A stretch of DNA of 64,000 nucleotides, from contig JBMNFY010000006.1 of NCBI GenBank assembly GCA_050949565.1, forward strand, positions 1-64,000, written 5' to 3'. The notes under the pieces are model-generated. The model was not told the origin of the DNA, did no database searches, and was given only the letters and a program-made list of their open reading frames with translations. This document shows, one piece after another, positions 39,191 to 50,152 of this stretch. Source of the DNA: Kiritimatiellia bacterium. GTDB lineage: Bacteria; Verrucomicrobiota; Kiritimatiellia; RFP12; UBA1067. Numbering within the stretch: position 1 is the first letter of the stretch; the number at the start of each line of letters is the position of its first letter. The translations under genes were made by a program, and so were the position numbers.

Positions 39191-39360
39191 TAATGCCATG
39201 CCAGTAGTAATACCTTACGCCGCGCGCGATTGTCCAGCCGGGAAACGGCGGGTAGCAATCGATTTCACGTTATTGCGGCGAACCGGATTTTTTGCGATAC
39301 TGTGTCTGATTTCACGTTCCGGAGGGGAACGGTCACGGACTACAAAAAGAGGAAGATATC

Positions 39361-40212
39361 ATGATGCAGTTTTCTCGCCGCGATTTCATCAAGGCCGGTG
39401 CCGCTAGTCTGGCGCTCACCGCGCCGGTGTTGTCTCAAGCCGCCGCATCGGCCGGTAAAAAGGCTAAGATACGGACCGGTGTGCAGCTCTATTCTGTACG
39501 CAAGCTGTGTGAAAAGGATCTGATCGGCACACTTAGGGCGATCAAGGAGATGGGCTACGCGGGCGTCGAGTTCGCGGGCTACTACGGCAAGAGCGCCAAA
39601 GAGTTGAAGCAGATCCTGTCTGACCTCGGTCTGGTCGCCTGCGGTACCCACACGGGGCTCGACTCGATCAAGCCGAACAATATCGCCAAGACCATCGAGT
39701 TCAATCAGGAGATCGGTAACAAGTACTTGATCGTGCCGGGCATGAACGCCAAGGACGCTCAAGGCTGGATCGATTTCGCGAAGATCTTCTCGGAGGCCGC
39801 AGTGACCGCCAAAGCGGCTGGCATGTTTGTCGGCTATCACAACCACCAGCACGAGTTCAAAGACAAGTTTGACGGCCGCTGCAAGTGGGACATCTTTTTC
39901 AGTCATGCATCGCCGGATGTCTGCCAGCAACTGGACGTCGGCCATGTGGTCTCGGCCGGTGAAGATCCGGTTTACTGGCTCAAGAAGTTTCCGAACCGTT
40001 CACGCACGCTGCACGCGAAGGAGATCTACCCCGGTCCCGGTATTCTGGGCCAGGTGCCGGAAGGCAAGCAGGGCGTGAAGTGGGACGAGGTCTTCGCGGC
40101 CGCCGAGGCGGATGTGACCGAGTGGTACATTGTGGAAAGCGAGGCGGACCCGAATACGCTCAACAACATTCGCGGCTGCATCGAGTTTCTCAAGGCCAAG
40201 GGCCGCGCCTAA
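39361..40212 (+). CDS. Tat-exported sugar-phosphate isomerase/epimerase (xylose-isomerase-like TIM barrel)
   Basis: SRRDFIK; QLYSVR, GYAGVEFAG, YHNH..EF, QLDVGH, IVESE. Confidence 0.85.
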   Translation: MMQFSRRDFIKAGAASLALTAPVLSQAAASAGKKAKIRTGVQLYSVRKLCEKDLIGTLRAIKEMGYAGVEFAGYYGKSAKELKQILSDLGLVACGTHTGLDSIKPNNIAKTIEFNQEIGNKYLIVPGMNAKDAQGWIDFAKIFSEAAVTAKAAGMFVGYHNHQHEFKDKFDGRCKWDIFFSHASPDVCQQLDVGHVVSAGEDPVYWLKKFPNRSRTLHAKEIYPGPGILGQVPEGKQGVKWDEVFAAAEADVTEWYIVESEADPNTLNNIRGCIEFLKAKGRA

Positions 40213-40224
40213 GGTGCAGTTGCC

Positions 40225-41013
40225 TTACGGCTGAAAGAGCGGCACCAATTCCGGTGCCGCCAGCACGCGCCCGAGCGCGGGCCGCAACGGTGTTAGATCC
40301 GCTGCGCGCACTGCGGCGGGCGCGTGGCTTTTGTAGGCCGCGCCCCACACGTCGTAGGCTGCCGCGCGTTCATCAGCCGACAGAAACTTCCAGATGCTTT
40401 CCAGCAACCTGAGATAGTCGTAGAGTGACTGCTGTTCGACGGAGAGTCCCGGCGCTGCTCCGTATTCAAAGTCTACGAAGAGCAGTGCGCCCGAGGTACG
40501 GTCGCGCAGGATGTTCGAAAGGCTCATGTCCATGTGCGTCAATCCGGCAGCGTGCAGGCGGGCAATAGCCGGTAGCGCCTCGACCGCGAGCGTCAGGTGC
40601 GACTTTCCATCGCGCTCGGCCTCCTGAACCAGCGGCTGGGCGTCGCAGTAACCGCTAATCATGCCACGCGCGCCGCGCCACAGCGGCGGCGGCGTGAGTC
40701 CGGACGGGGCGCCGCGCGTATACGCCTGCCATTCGCGCTCCAACTTTTCCGCGAACGGCAGCGACACGAACGGCAGGCCCGCCGCAACCGGTGCCGAGGG
40801 CGCGCATGCGGGGTCATCCATGCGTAGGTAGCCGACCGGACGTCCTGCGCGTAGGATCTGGCAGACCACATCGCGCCCGCGCCCGCCGGCCATGCGCCAT
40901 GTGACCGTTCCACCGAAGAGCCGTTCCGCCACCGGCCGGTAGTCGGCTTCCAGGCGCGCCTGCGCCGCACGCCATGCACGCCGCCGCCGCCACCATCTTT
41001 TCAGTGCCCGCAT
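40225..41013 (-). CDS. Protein-kinase-like phosphotransferase (Kdo/RIO/APH-like)
   Basis: LHAAGLTHMDMSLSNIL catalytic loop and FVDFEY. Confidence 0.65.
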   Translation of the reverse strand: MRALKRWWRRRRAWRAAQARLEADYRPVAERLFGGTVTWRMAGGRGRDVVCQILRAGRPVGYLRMDDPACAPSAPVAAGLPFVSLPFAEKLEREWQAYTRGAPSGLTPPPLWRGARGMISGYCDAQPLVQEAERDGKSHLTLAVEALPAIARLHAAGLTHMDMSLSNILRDRTSGALLFVDFEYGAAPGLSVEQQSLYDYLRLLESIWKFLSADERAAAYDVWGAAYKSHAPAAVRAADLTPLRPALGRVLAAPELVPLFQP

Positions 41014-41024
41014 GATGCTCCTTG

Positions 41025-42101
41025 TTACGGTTGGTCGATCCGTGCCGACGTTTGCGGCGCGAGACAGGATGCGCCTTGCAGCAACGCGAGAACCGAAATC
41101 GCATGCCGCTGCAGGTAGGTGCGTTCCGTGAATGTGGCGATTGCTTCTATCACGCGTGTACGCCAGAGGCGTGTCGGTTCATCGCCCATGCGCGTGGCTG
41201 CCATCAACCACCACTCAGCACCGAACGAGGTGCGCGGTCCCGTTCTCACGGTGAAATCGCGGCAGACCGTCTCCCAGCATGCGATACGCGGTTCGATAAA
41301 AGCGAGGCCGTAGAGTTGCGCCAGCCCTTCCGGATAGTGCTCGTCGCTCGCTTTGGCATGCGACTCATTGGCGAACAGGGCATGACTGTAGCGCCGCCGT
41401 TCCGGCAACCAGAATGAGTCCAACGCACGTCCAAGGCGCTCCGCCCGCTCGCGTGCGTCACGTGCCTCTTCCGCCCGTCCGGACGCAACAAAGAGCCTTT
41501 CAGCGGCCAGCAGGCCGGCCCTGACCTCAATGTTGTCCATCAGATACTTCACGCGATAATCAGGCTTGGCCCAGGTCAGGCCATCCGTCGGGTCGGTCAC
41601 GCTCACGACACAGGCGAACGCGCGGCGGGCGACTTCGATATGCGCTACCGTGAGGGTGCCCCCGGCTTGACGGAAACGGTCAGCGACCAGCAGGCAAAGG
41701 GCGGCCGCGCTGTCCCAAGCATCGACCTTGTCGGTCTCGCGATAAGTGCTGAGCGTGCCCTCGAAGTCGTTCCAATAACCTGCGGCGTTCTGATGCGCGA
41801 CGCACCAGTTCAGCCAGCGCCCGGCGCGTGCAAGGTCGTCGGCCGGACCGCCCGCTTCGACGTTCGCCAGCAGGGCCAGCGCGGCGAGGTGGGAGAAGTA
41901 GGGCACGATCCAGACCGGTGCGTCGGGGCGGCCCTGCGGGCTGACCTGCGCGAATGCGCCGTCCGCAAGTTGGCAGGCGCGGATGTGTTGCAGGCAACGG
42001 TCAACCGCCGGGCGCGCCGCAGCATTCGACGCGCGGTCGTCGGCCTGCATCGCGCCGACGCCTGCGACGCAGAGTGCCAGACATAGAACGGCGGTTTTCA
42101 T
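41025..42101 (-). CDS. Secreted helical (alpha/alpha-barrel-like) hypothetical protein
   Basis: Signal peptide; WIVPYF…LALL, DAWDS, KYLMDNIEV. Confidence 0.55.
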   Translation of the reverse strand: MKTAVLCLALCVAGVGAMQADDRASNAAARPAVDRCLQHIRACQLADGAFAQVSPQGRPDAPVWIVPYFSHLAALALLANVEAGGPADDLARAGRWLNWCVAHQNAAGYWNDFEGTLSTYRETDKVDAWDSAAALCLLVADRFRQAGGTLTVAHIEVARRAFACVVSVTDPTDGLTWAKPDYRVKYLMDNIEVRAGLLAAERLFVASGRAEEARDARERAERLGRALDSFWLPERRRYSHALFANESHAKASDEHYPEGLAQLYGLAFIEPRIACWETVCRDFTVRTGPRTSFGAEWWLMAATRMGDEPTRLWRTRVIEAIATFTERTYLQRHAISVLALLQGASCLAPQTSARIDQP

Positions 42102-42145
42102 GACATCAACCCTGAAGCTTTTTCGCTGCGCAGATCTGCGCAGTG

Positions 42146-43129
42146 CTAGACCCAACGCAACGTCAGGGCACCCCACGTCAAGCCCGCGCCGAAGGCGACC
42201 AGTACCAGTACGTCGCCCTTTTTGACGCGGCCTTGTTCCAGTGCTTCGCAGAGTGCGATCGGGATCGTGGCGGCCGAGGTGTTACCGTAGTCGGCGATGT
42301 TGACGAAGACCTTTTCGGAGGGCAAGTCGAGTCGTCTGGCTACGGCATCAATGATGCGGGTGTTGGCTTGGTGGGCAATCATCAGCGAAATATCGTTCGA
42401 GCTGAGCCCGGCGCGATCGAGCGCACACACGGCACACTCCGACATATTACGCACTGCCTGCTTGAAGACTTCGTTACCCTGCATGGTGATGTAGCGTCCC
42501 GGCACATCTGGATTGGGGCGGACGCCGCTATTGGCGATCTCCAGCAGATCGGTCAGGTTGCCATCGCCACCCAGCTTTGCAGAAAGCACGCCTTCGGTGT
42601 CGGACGCATGCACGCTGAACACGGCGGCACCCGCGCCATCGCCGAACAGGATGCAAGTGTCGCGGTCCTTCCAGTTGACGATCGCGCTGTTCACCTCGGC
42701 ACCGATGACCAAAACGTGCTTCGCCAGACCGGAGCGGATCATGCCCCAGGCGAGATTCGCGCCGTAGACGAAGCCGGTGCAGGCGGCACTGATGTCTAAC
42801 ACGCCCGCATGGAGTGCGCCTATGGCCTTTTGCACCAGGCAGGCTACCGACGGGTAGATCGTGTCGGGCGTGGAGGTGGCGACCAGAATCAGGTCGATCT
42901 GGTCGGCTGCGATACCCGACTGGGCCAAGGCCGCTGCGGCCGCTCGCGCGGCGAGGTCGGAGGCGTATTCGCCCGGCGCGGCGATGCGTCGCTCGCGGAT
43001 ACCTACACGTTGTCTGATCCAGGCGTCGCTGGTCTCGACCATTTTCTCAAGGTCGGCGTTGGTCAGTCGTTTTTCGGGCAACGCCTTACCGACACCGGTT
43101 ATTTTTGCTGTCAATGTACGCTCACTCAT
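42146..43129 (-). CDS. fabH: 3-oxoacyl-ACP synthase III
   Basis: DISAACTGF, LFGDGAGA, HQANTRI, YGNTSAATIP, FGAGLTWG. Confidence 0.96.
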   Translation of the reverse strand: MSERTLTAKITGVGKALPEKRLTNADLEKMVETSDAWIRQRVGIRERRIAAPGEYASDLAARAAAAALAQSGIAADQIDLILVATSTPDTIYPSVACLVQKAIGALHAGVLDISAACTGFVYGANLAWGMIRSGLAKHVLVIGAEVNSAIVNWKDRDTCILFGDGAGAAVFSVHASDTEGVLSAKLGGDGNLTDLLEIANSGVRPNPDVPGRYITMQGNEVFKQAVRNMSECAVCALDRAGLSSNDISLMIAHQANTRIIDAVARRLDLPSEKVFVNIADYGNTSAATIPIALCEALEQGRVKKGDVLVLVAFGAGLTWGALTLRWV

Positions 43130-43232
43130 GCGCGTGTCCACTGGTTTCGTCTTTGATCAAAAGAAGGTCAGAGTATATAATATTCTGCCGCTCGCAACAA
43201 TAGAGGATACACGCGGAGGACGAGAGGAGTAA

Positions 43233-46200
43233 GTGATGATGAAACGAGCGCGGATGGTCGTGATGGGGCTGTTGCTGGTGCAGACACTGTTGGCTGGGGC
43301 CGACCGTTTGGCACGGGTCGACGCCGAAGGCGTGTTGCGCTGGACTGACACCGGCGACGAGGTCGCGTTGCTGGGCGTCAACTACTATACGCCGTTTACC
43401 ATAGATCATGCGGCACTCAAGCGCTTGGGCCTCGACCATCGGCAGGTCATGCGCGATGACGTGGCCCATTTCCGCCGTCTGGGTTTGGGCTGCATCCGTG
43501 TCCACTGCTTTGAGCGCCAGTTCAGCGACCGCGAGGGTAACCTGCTCGACAACGAGCATCTGGCGTTGTTGGATGAGTTGATCGACGTCTGCCGCGAGCA
43601 GGGGCTCTACACCGTGCTCACGCCGATCGCTTGGTGGGGCGGCGGCGTCTGGACCGAACGCACGCAGGGCTTCTCGGATTTCCACACGATGCGCGAACTG
43701 ACTGCCGACCGCGCCACCTGGCCGGCCCAAGCCCGTTTCCTCAAGCAGTTCGCCGAGCACGTCAACCGCATCACCGGACGCCGCTACGCCGACGATCCTT
43801 GTGTACTCGCCTTTGAGTGCATCAACGAGCCGCTCTATCCGAAGGGTACGCCGGACACTCTGGTGACCGATTACATCAACACGCTGGCGGATGCCCTGCG
43901 TGCGAGCGGCACGACCAAGCCGATTTATTACAACTCGTGGCAGGGGCGCAACGCTGCTGCCGGTGCCTCGCGTGTCGATGGCGTCACCTGCGCCATCTAT
44001 CCCACGGGGTTGGTCGCGGGATATGAGTTGGAAGGCCCGCAGCTCGGTCGCGTCCGTGCGACTTCGCTCCAACCCGACGCCTCGATCGCGCGCAAGTCGC
44101 GCATGGTCTACGAGTTCGACGCCGCCGACATGAACGGTTCCTACATGTTCCCGGCCATGGCCCTCCTGTTCCGCTCCGAAGGGGTACAGGTCGCCTCGCA
44201 GTTTCAATACGACCCCATGCCGCTGGCGGATGTGAACCGCAACTGGCAGACCCACCACCTGAATCTGGTTTACACGCCGAACAAAGCGATTTCGCTGGCT
44301 ATCGCCGCCGAGGTCTTTGCCCGCGTACCGCGCGGCGCGTCGTTCACGCCGGCCGATACCGAGATGCGCTTCCCGCCGTTCCGTGTCTCGGCGACAGAAA
44401 ACCTTTCGGAACTGGTGACCGAGACGCGCTATCTCCACAGCAATGCCACGCGCACGCCGCCGCCCGCCCCGGAGCGGCTGGAACGGGTGTGGGGCTGCGG
44501 CATTTCGCCACTGGTTACGTCGTGCGGCAGCGGAGCCTATTTCCTGGATCGTGCGGAGTCCGGCGTCTGGCGCTTGCAACTTTATCCCGATGTCTTCACC
44601 GTAGCCGATCCCTTCACCGGTACATCGGAACCCAAGGTGCGGGTGTTGCCGGGGCGTCCCGTTATGACGCTACGCCTGCCGGATCTAGGAACGCGCTTTG
44701 CCGTACGGGCGTTCGCCGACGGCCGTGTCGGGGAGCGCCTCGCGACCGCGCGGGACGGCACATTCGAGGTCGCTCCGGGCGACTATCTGCTGACTCGTGA
44801 CGAGGCCGCACCCTCCGCCGCGAGTGTGAGCCGCGCGGCGGTGCTGGCACCGCGTTGGATCGCGCCGCCGCCCGCTCCCGAAATTGTCGAGCCGTTGCTG
44901 CGTGCAACCGCGCGGTCGCAGTGGCGTGCCGGTCTGCCGCTGGAACTGCACGCCGAAGCCGCGCTCGCCACCCAGGTCACGGCGCGGCTGGTGTCGACGG
45001 GCGGTCGGTGCATGGAAGTGGCGTTGGCGCGCGCGGAACAGCCGACACGCACATCCGGCCGTTTTACCGGTACGGTGCCGGGGGAAGCGCTCACGCCCGG
45101 CGTATGGAACCTCACCTTCCGTGCATCTGGCGCGGGCGGCGTGGCCGAATATCCGCGTGCCGCGACTGCCGGCGCGAAGTGGTCCCCGGCGGAACCGTCG
45201 CGGACGGCGGCGCTTATCCAACTGCCGGAGGAACCGCCACGTGCCATCGTTAACGGTACCGGCGAGACATCGGTTACGTGCATTCAAGACGGTGCGCGGC
45301 GCGCGTTGCGGTTGAGCGTCGCGGACGTAGGGACCGACCGGGCCGCCGCAGGTTACGTGCTGCCATTCGTGGCGGATGCCGCCACGCTCCGACCGGCAGA
45401 ACGTAACGGCGCGCCCGATCCACTGGGGTGGGGCTTACGTGTCGTCGCGCGCGGCGGCGCGCCCGGTGCGCGGGTTGAGTTGGGTTTCCGCATGAAGAAC
45501 AGCCAAGGGCTGGGCTGTAACCTGCGCGTCGGCAACGGCTGGAGCGAGACGATCGTCCCGGCTGCTGAACTGATCCCGTTGTGGGGGTTGCCCGCGCGCG
45601 ATGCCTTCCGCTGGAGCGAGGTCGAACGCCTGAGTGTGTTGACCGGTGCGTGGCTGTTCCCCGAGGGGACGTCGACGAATGGCGTGAGCATTGATCTCGC
45701 CGTGCTGGAGTGGGTGGCGCTGACGCCGGCGTTACGCTTGGACGCAGTGGCCGGCGACGGTGCTTGGAGTCTGTTCGACACTACCGCTTGGTTGCGCGTA
45801 CCGCTTTGGCAGGCACCCTTGCGGCGCTGGGGGCTGAGCGATGATGAGGGGCGTCCTGCGGTGCATTTGGGTGCGGAACGGTTCGACGGCGAACGCGACA
45901 GCCTGTCGCTGCGCGTGCCGTGCGATGGCCGCACCTGCGCACGGCTGTGGCAGACCGAGGGAGCCGACGCGGTGCTGGTCGTCCGCGCACGGGCGGCGCA
46001 ACCCCGGACGACCGCCTTCGAGTTGGCTTTGATCGAAAACGACGGCGTGGCGTGGGGAACGAATATCCCGTTGACCGCCGCCTGGCAGACGCATCGCATC
46101 CCGTTGCGCAAGCTGAGACTCTTCACGCAGTGGGATCGCGCGATGGCCGACCGGGCTGGACCGCACTTACGGCTCTCGCGCCTGGCAACGATCAACGTCT

Positions 46201-46286
46201 GCTTTGGTAAATGGCTCTATCCGCAGGCGGCTGACGTGCCGCACGCTTTCGAGATATCCACCATTGCGGTCGTGCCTGCGCCTTAG
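43233..46286 (+). CDS. Secreted GH5-like glycoside hydrolase with C-terminal beta-sandwich/CBM-like domains
   Basis: Signal peptide; GVNYY, IRVH, HVNRITGRRYADDP..AFECINEP, VYEFDAAD. Confidence 0.78.
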   Translation: MMMKRARMVVMGLLLVQTLLAGADRLARVDAEGVLRWTDTGDEVALLGVNYYTPFTIDHAALKRLGLDHRQVMRDDVAHFRRLGLGCIRVHCFERQFSDREGNLLDNEHLALLDELIDVCREQGLYTVLTPIAWWGGGVWTERTQGFSDFHTMRELTADRATWPAQARFLKQFAEHVNRITGRRYADDPCVLAFECINEPLYPKGTPDTLVTDYINTLADALRASGTTKPIYYNSWQGRNAAAGASRVDGVTCAIYPTGLVAGYELEGPQLGRVRATSLQPDASIARKSRMVYEFDAADMNGSYMFPAMALLFRSEGVQVASQFQYDPMPLADVNRNWQTHHLNLVYTPNKAISLAIAAEVFARVPRGASFTPADTEMRFPPFRVSATENLSELVTETRYLHSNATRTPPPAPERLERVWGCGISPLVTSCGSGAYFLDRAESGVWRLQLYPDVFTVADPFTGTSEPKVRVLPGRPVMTLRLPDLGTRFAVRAFADGRVGERLATARDGTFEVAPGDYLLTRDEAAPSAASVSRAAVLAPRWIAPPPAPEIVEPLLRATARSQWRAGLPLELHAEAALATQVTARLVSTGGRCMEVALARAEQPTRTSGRFTGTVPGEALTPGVWNLTFRASGAGGVAEYPRAATAGAKWSPAEPSRTAALIQLPEEPPRAIVNGTGETSVTCIQDGARRALRLSVADVGTDRAAAGYVLPFVADAATLRPAERNGAPDPLGWGLRVVARGGAPGARVELGFRMKNSQGLGCNLRVGNGWSETIVPAAELIPLWGLPARDAFRWSEVERLSVLTGAWLFPEGTSTNGVSIDLAVLEWVALTPALRLDAVAGDGAWSLFDTTAWLRVPLWQAPLRRWGLSDDEGRPAVHLGAERFDGERDSLSLRVPCDGRTCARLWQTEGADAVLVVRARAAQPRTTAFELALIENDGVAWGTNIPLTAAWQTHRIPLRKLRLFTQWDRAMADRAGPHLRLSRLATINVCFGKWLYPQAADVPHAFEISTIAVVPAP

Positions 46287-46421
46287 TGCCTTATCAGTCA
46301 AAAAATTAGCGGAATACTTACACGAACCCAACGAGACACTTACAGTATAAAGGTATCTTTTGGGGTGTTGAGCCTGATTAGGACCGGCGTGGGGTGAACG
46401 CAGAGCGTAAGGAGTGGAGAT

Positions 46422-48400
46422 ATGGACAGGTACTTGAAGGGTGCGGTGTGGTGCGTGGGCGTCCTGATGACGGCGGTGTTTGTCTCGGGATTGCACGCTG
46501 ATCCGCTGCCGGTGCCGCTGGTGCATTGGACCTTTGACGGCGGGGCGGCGACCAACTGCGGTAGCGGCGGCTCCTTGTATGACGCGGACGTGTCCGGCGC
46601 GGTGGCGTACACCAACGGCATTGCCGGGGGCGGGCTTTGTTTGCTTGGCGGCAGCGAGGGGTATGCGGCGGTGTCTCATGCCCTCGGCGATCAGGGCACC
46701 ATCGCGTTTTGGTACAAACCGTCCCGATTTTATAATTACCACTCTCTCTTCGATAACATCATGAATCCCGACCAATGGGAGATGTGGATCTACGGCAGCT
46801 CGGTCGTGCGCTTCAGGCTGGCAGGCCAAGGGATCGTCTCTTATGACAATCTCAACAACAAGCAAAATGGCACAAATGTCTGGTATCACTTTGCCGTGAC
46901 CTGGGATCGGTGGGCCGAGACAAACCACGTCCGTCTGTATGTGAACGGTTGCGAGGGCGCGCGCACTCACATCACCGACTGGCTCGTCCCCGGCGCGAAG
47001 ATTTTCTTCGGCGGGCACAAAGGCAACAATCCGGCCGAAGGCATTCTGGACGATGTACGCATCTACACGACGACGCTGGCAGACACGCAGGTGCAGGCGC
47101 TGCACGCCCTGATCGCTGAACAAACGCCGGCGGTGAAGGTGTCGTTTGATGCCGATCTCACGAACACCGGTACGGGCGGCGCGGCGTTTGACGCGACGCT
47201 CGTCGGCGACCCCGTCTGGACGAACGGGCTGTACGGCCTCGGTCAGGCGCTGGCGCTGGACGGCGTGGATGACTATGTGTCCATACCGTACCGGCTCTCC
47301 ACTTCGGGTTCGGTGGCGTTGTGGTACTACGCGCCCGGGCCGTGGTACAACTTTAACTCGGTTTTCGACAATTCGGTGGGCGCCAACCATTACGAATGCT
47401 GGATTGACGGGGCAGGTAATCTCCAGTTCCGTTCTACGGGATCAGGGTCGCAAAGGGCGCTGGTCGGGCTGGGTAACGGGTCCAACTGCTGGTATCACAT
47501 CGTCAGCACATGGGACGCGCTCTCCAGCAACATGGTGCTGTATGTCAACGGTGTTGAGCGCAGCCGCATTACTGACACCAACGGCTCGGCGTGGCCGACC
47601 CCGGGGACAAATTTTTATATCGGCGGCGGACATTCTGGCAATACACCTGCGCGCGGGGCGCCTCGGACTTGCAGATCTTCGAGACGCCGCTCTCGGCCAG
47701 CCGTGTGGCCGAGATTTTCAACGAGAAGCGCGTGCAACAGGGCGGGTTGATCGCATACGTGCCATTCGACGGCACGGCGGTGGATGTTGTCGGCGGCAAC
47801 GCGGTGGTGCTGGGCGGCTCGCCGGTCTACGTCAAGACGCAGGGCGCTTTCTATAAGGGGCTGAGCTGCGGGACGCCAACGGGGAACAGCGGCGACAACG
47901 CCTCGATCTCCAACGTGTTGGGATCGACGGTCGGCACGATCGCGCTGTGGTACTACGCGCGTCCTTGGTATAATTATCAGGCCGTGTTCGATAATTACGT
48001 AAACTCGGAGTACTGGGAATGCTGGATCTATGGAGACGGGCGGCTGGCTTCGCGCGTCAGCAACAAGACCGGCGGCGGCTTCGTCCAGTATAATCTCGAT
48101 AACCTGCGCGGCCCGGACAACTGGTATCACATCGCGTTCGTCTGGGATCTTGCCATGGGTAAGACATGGCTGTATGTTGATGGCGTCGTCCGGCAGACCA
48201 GTACGCTGCTAGAAAGCGGCTGGGTCGATCCCGATCCGACACTGAATTTGGCGGGCGGGCATAAGGGCAATTCCAAAGGCAACGGCATTTGGGACGAGGT
48301 ACGCGTCTACGATCGCGCCCTGACGGACGACGAGATCGCCGCGCTGACGGTCGTCCCGCCTGAGCCGCCGCCGCGCGGCTCAGTGTTCACGCTCCGCTGA
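46422..48400 (+). pseudogene. Secreted triple LamG/ConA-like domain protein with one frameshift near 47655
   Basis: ORFs 46422-47750 and 47591-48400 together give three repeats (GTIAFWY…WYHFAVTWD…LYVNG…DDVRIY); frame switch at GCGCGCGGGGCGCC; ends PPPRGSVFTLR. Confidence 0.75.
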
Positions 48401-48415
48401 GTGTGCTGAAATTAG

Positions 48416-48706
48416 CCTAAAAAGAGCAGTTGGGTGTGCGGATTTTGAGCAAAGCCCCGTAAACATTGGCTTCCGTTGAGATCCGTGCCGCACCTATTTG
48501 GTGCAGAACGCAATTTCTGATTGGAACCACGGAACACACTAAATACACGGAAACAGAGCCATGCCTTTCCGTGTGTTCGGTGTGTTCCGTGGTTAAACAA
48601 TCAATCCCGATAGCGATCCCGATCCCGATTTGGATGAAACCATGAAACCATGAAACCTTGAAACCAGAAACCAAAGAGAGTTGACGGTTCAACTGCTCTT
48701 TTTAGG
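48416..48706. mobile_element. MITE family 1, copy 2 (291 bp, inverted)
   Basis: TIRs CCTAAAAAGAGCAGTTG / CAACTGCTCTTTTTAGG; flanks ATTAG/TTTAG; one fewer 8-bp TGGTTTCA unit than copy 1. Confidence 0.9.
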
Positions 48707-48779
48707 TTTAGCGCATCTCATGCGTGACAACCCGTGCTAGTCACCATATTTGGTGGGTGTCGTAAGCGCAGCAGGGAAC

Positions 48780-49625
48780 TCACCTGCTGAACAGCGAGCG
48801 GACATAGTCCGCGTTGCGTTTGGCGTCGGCCACGCCGTTCTTTGAGGGGCTGGAGGTTTCAAGCACGATCCAGCCTTTGTAGCCGGTCTCGGTGATCGCG
48901 TCAGCCATGCGCTCGAAGAAAGGCTTGTCGTCGTCGAGGTACTTCGGCCCGTTCTTAAAGTGGATTTGAGCGATGCGCCCTTTCAGGGTGCGGATCTCGG
49001 CGGCCGCGTCATAGCCCTGCGATTTACCGGTGTTGTACACATCGTAATAGATGCGCACGGCGTCGTGTCCCACCGCTTCCAGCAGCCGCAGGTTCTGTTC
49101 GGCGCTGAGCATGTTCTCCACCGCTAGCGTGACTCCAGCGGCGGCGGCGCGCGGTGCCGCTGCCTTGAGGCGCGCCACGGCCGCGTTGAATTCAGGCTCC
49201 TTGATCTGCTTGCCGCTCTGCAGGTCGCCCTTGCCGAAGAACGCCACCAAAACAGTTTTGGCACCGATTTCGCGTGCGGCGTCGATGCACTGCTCCAGCC
49301 AGGCCGGTGCACGCGGATCGCTCGCCAGCGGATACTGGTTCAGCAGGCTCATCATGATTGAACAGACCGGAAGCCCCGTGGCTTTCATTTGCCGGTGGAG
49401 GCGCTCGCGCGTTCCAGCCTGAAAGATGTCGAGCGTGTCGGCAGCACCACCGGCACCGACCTCGACACCGTCGAGTCCCGCCTGCTTGGCGCCCTCAAGC
49501 CCAACCACGCACGCGCCGACGCGGATGGTCGGTTGCGCGGCTGCCGCCCTGCTGTGGGATGCCAGAGCGATGGCGGCCAGCGATCCAGTTGCCTGCCGCA
49601 TGAAACGTCTACGAGATAGGTTCAT
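48780..49625 (-). CDS. Tat-exported sugar-phosphate isomerase/epimerase (TIM barrel)
   Basis: SRRRFM; GLDGVE, LAVEN, YYDVYN, QIHFK, GWIVLET. Confidence 0.85.
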   Translation of the reverse strand: MNLSRRRFMRQATGSLAAIALASHSRAAAAQPTIRVGACVVGLEGAKQAGLDGVEVGAGGAADTLDIFQAGTRERLHRQMKATGLPVCSIMMSLLNQYPLASDPRAPAWLEQCIDAAREIGAKTVLVAFFGKGDLQSGKQIKEPEFNAAVARLKAAAPRAAAAGVTLAVENMLSAEQNLRLLEAVGHDAVRIYYDVYNTGKSQGYDAAAEIRTLKGRIAQIHFKNGPKYLDDDKPFFERMADAITETGYKGWIVLETSSPSKNGVADAKRNADYVRSLFSR

Positions 49626-49796
49626 TCTGCACTCCTCTTTTTTCTTCCGTCACTTCACGATGACATCCCATTATGGTGCAGTCCGGGTTGAAGTCAACCG
49701 GATTCACGACACGACCGCGCCGGCCACAGATAGCAGTACACTTTTTTCTCACGCAAAGGCACAGCCGCGCTGTGCGCGGAGCAAAGCCCCTTCGGG

Positions 49797-49825
49797 GCTT
49801 GTGGTCTAAACACCTGTCCCTTAGT
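49797..49825 (+). repeat. ACCTGTCCC boundary motif, copy 1
   Basis: GCTTGTGGTCTAAACACCTGTCCCTTAGT; 27/29 identical to 50533-50561. Confidence 0.8.
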
Positions 49826-49852
49826 TGTCCCAAATCTCAAATCCCAAATTTC

Positions 49853-50152
49853 TTATCGTGTTCCTGCGGCTCTGGCATGGAGCTTTAGTCCGAGAGCGTC
49901 GACCACTTTGAGAATCGTATCAAATCCCGGACTCCGGTCTCCCGACAAAGCCTTGTAGAGGCTCTCCCGAGAAAGACCTGCGTCACGCGCCACCTGTGCC
50001 ATACCTTTGGCGCGGGCGATGTCTCCGAGTGCCTTCGCGACAAAGGTCGCATCGCCATTAGCCTCCTCCATGCAGGCTTCCAGATAGGCCGCCATCTCTT
50101 CAGGTGTCCGTAGATGTTCGGCTACGTCATATCGAGTTGTCTTAGTCCTCAT
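49853..50152 (-). CDS. Addiction-module antidote protein (HigA-like HTH antitoxin)
   Basis: YDVAEHL…ALGDIARAKGMAQVARDAGLSRESLYKALSGDRSPGFDTILKV. Confidence 0.9.
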   Translation of the reverse strand: MRTKTTRYDVAEHLRTPEEMAAYLEACMEEANGDATFVAKALGDIARAKGMAQVARDAGLSRESLYKALSGDRSPGFDTILKVVDALGLKLHARAAGTR

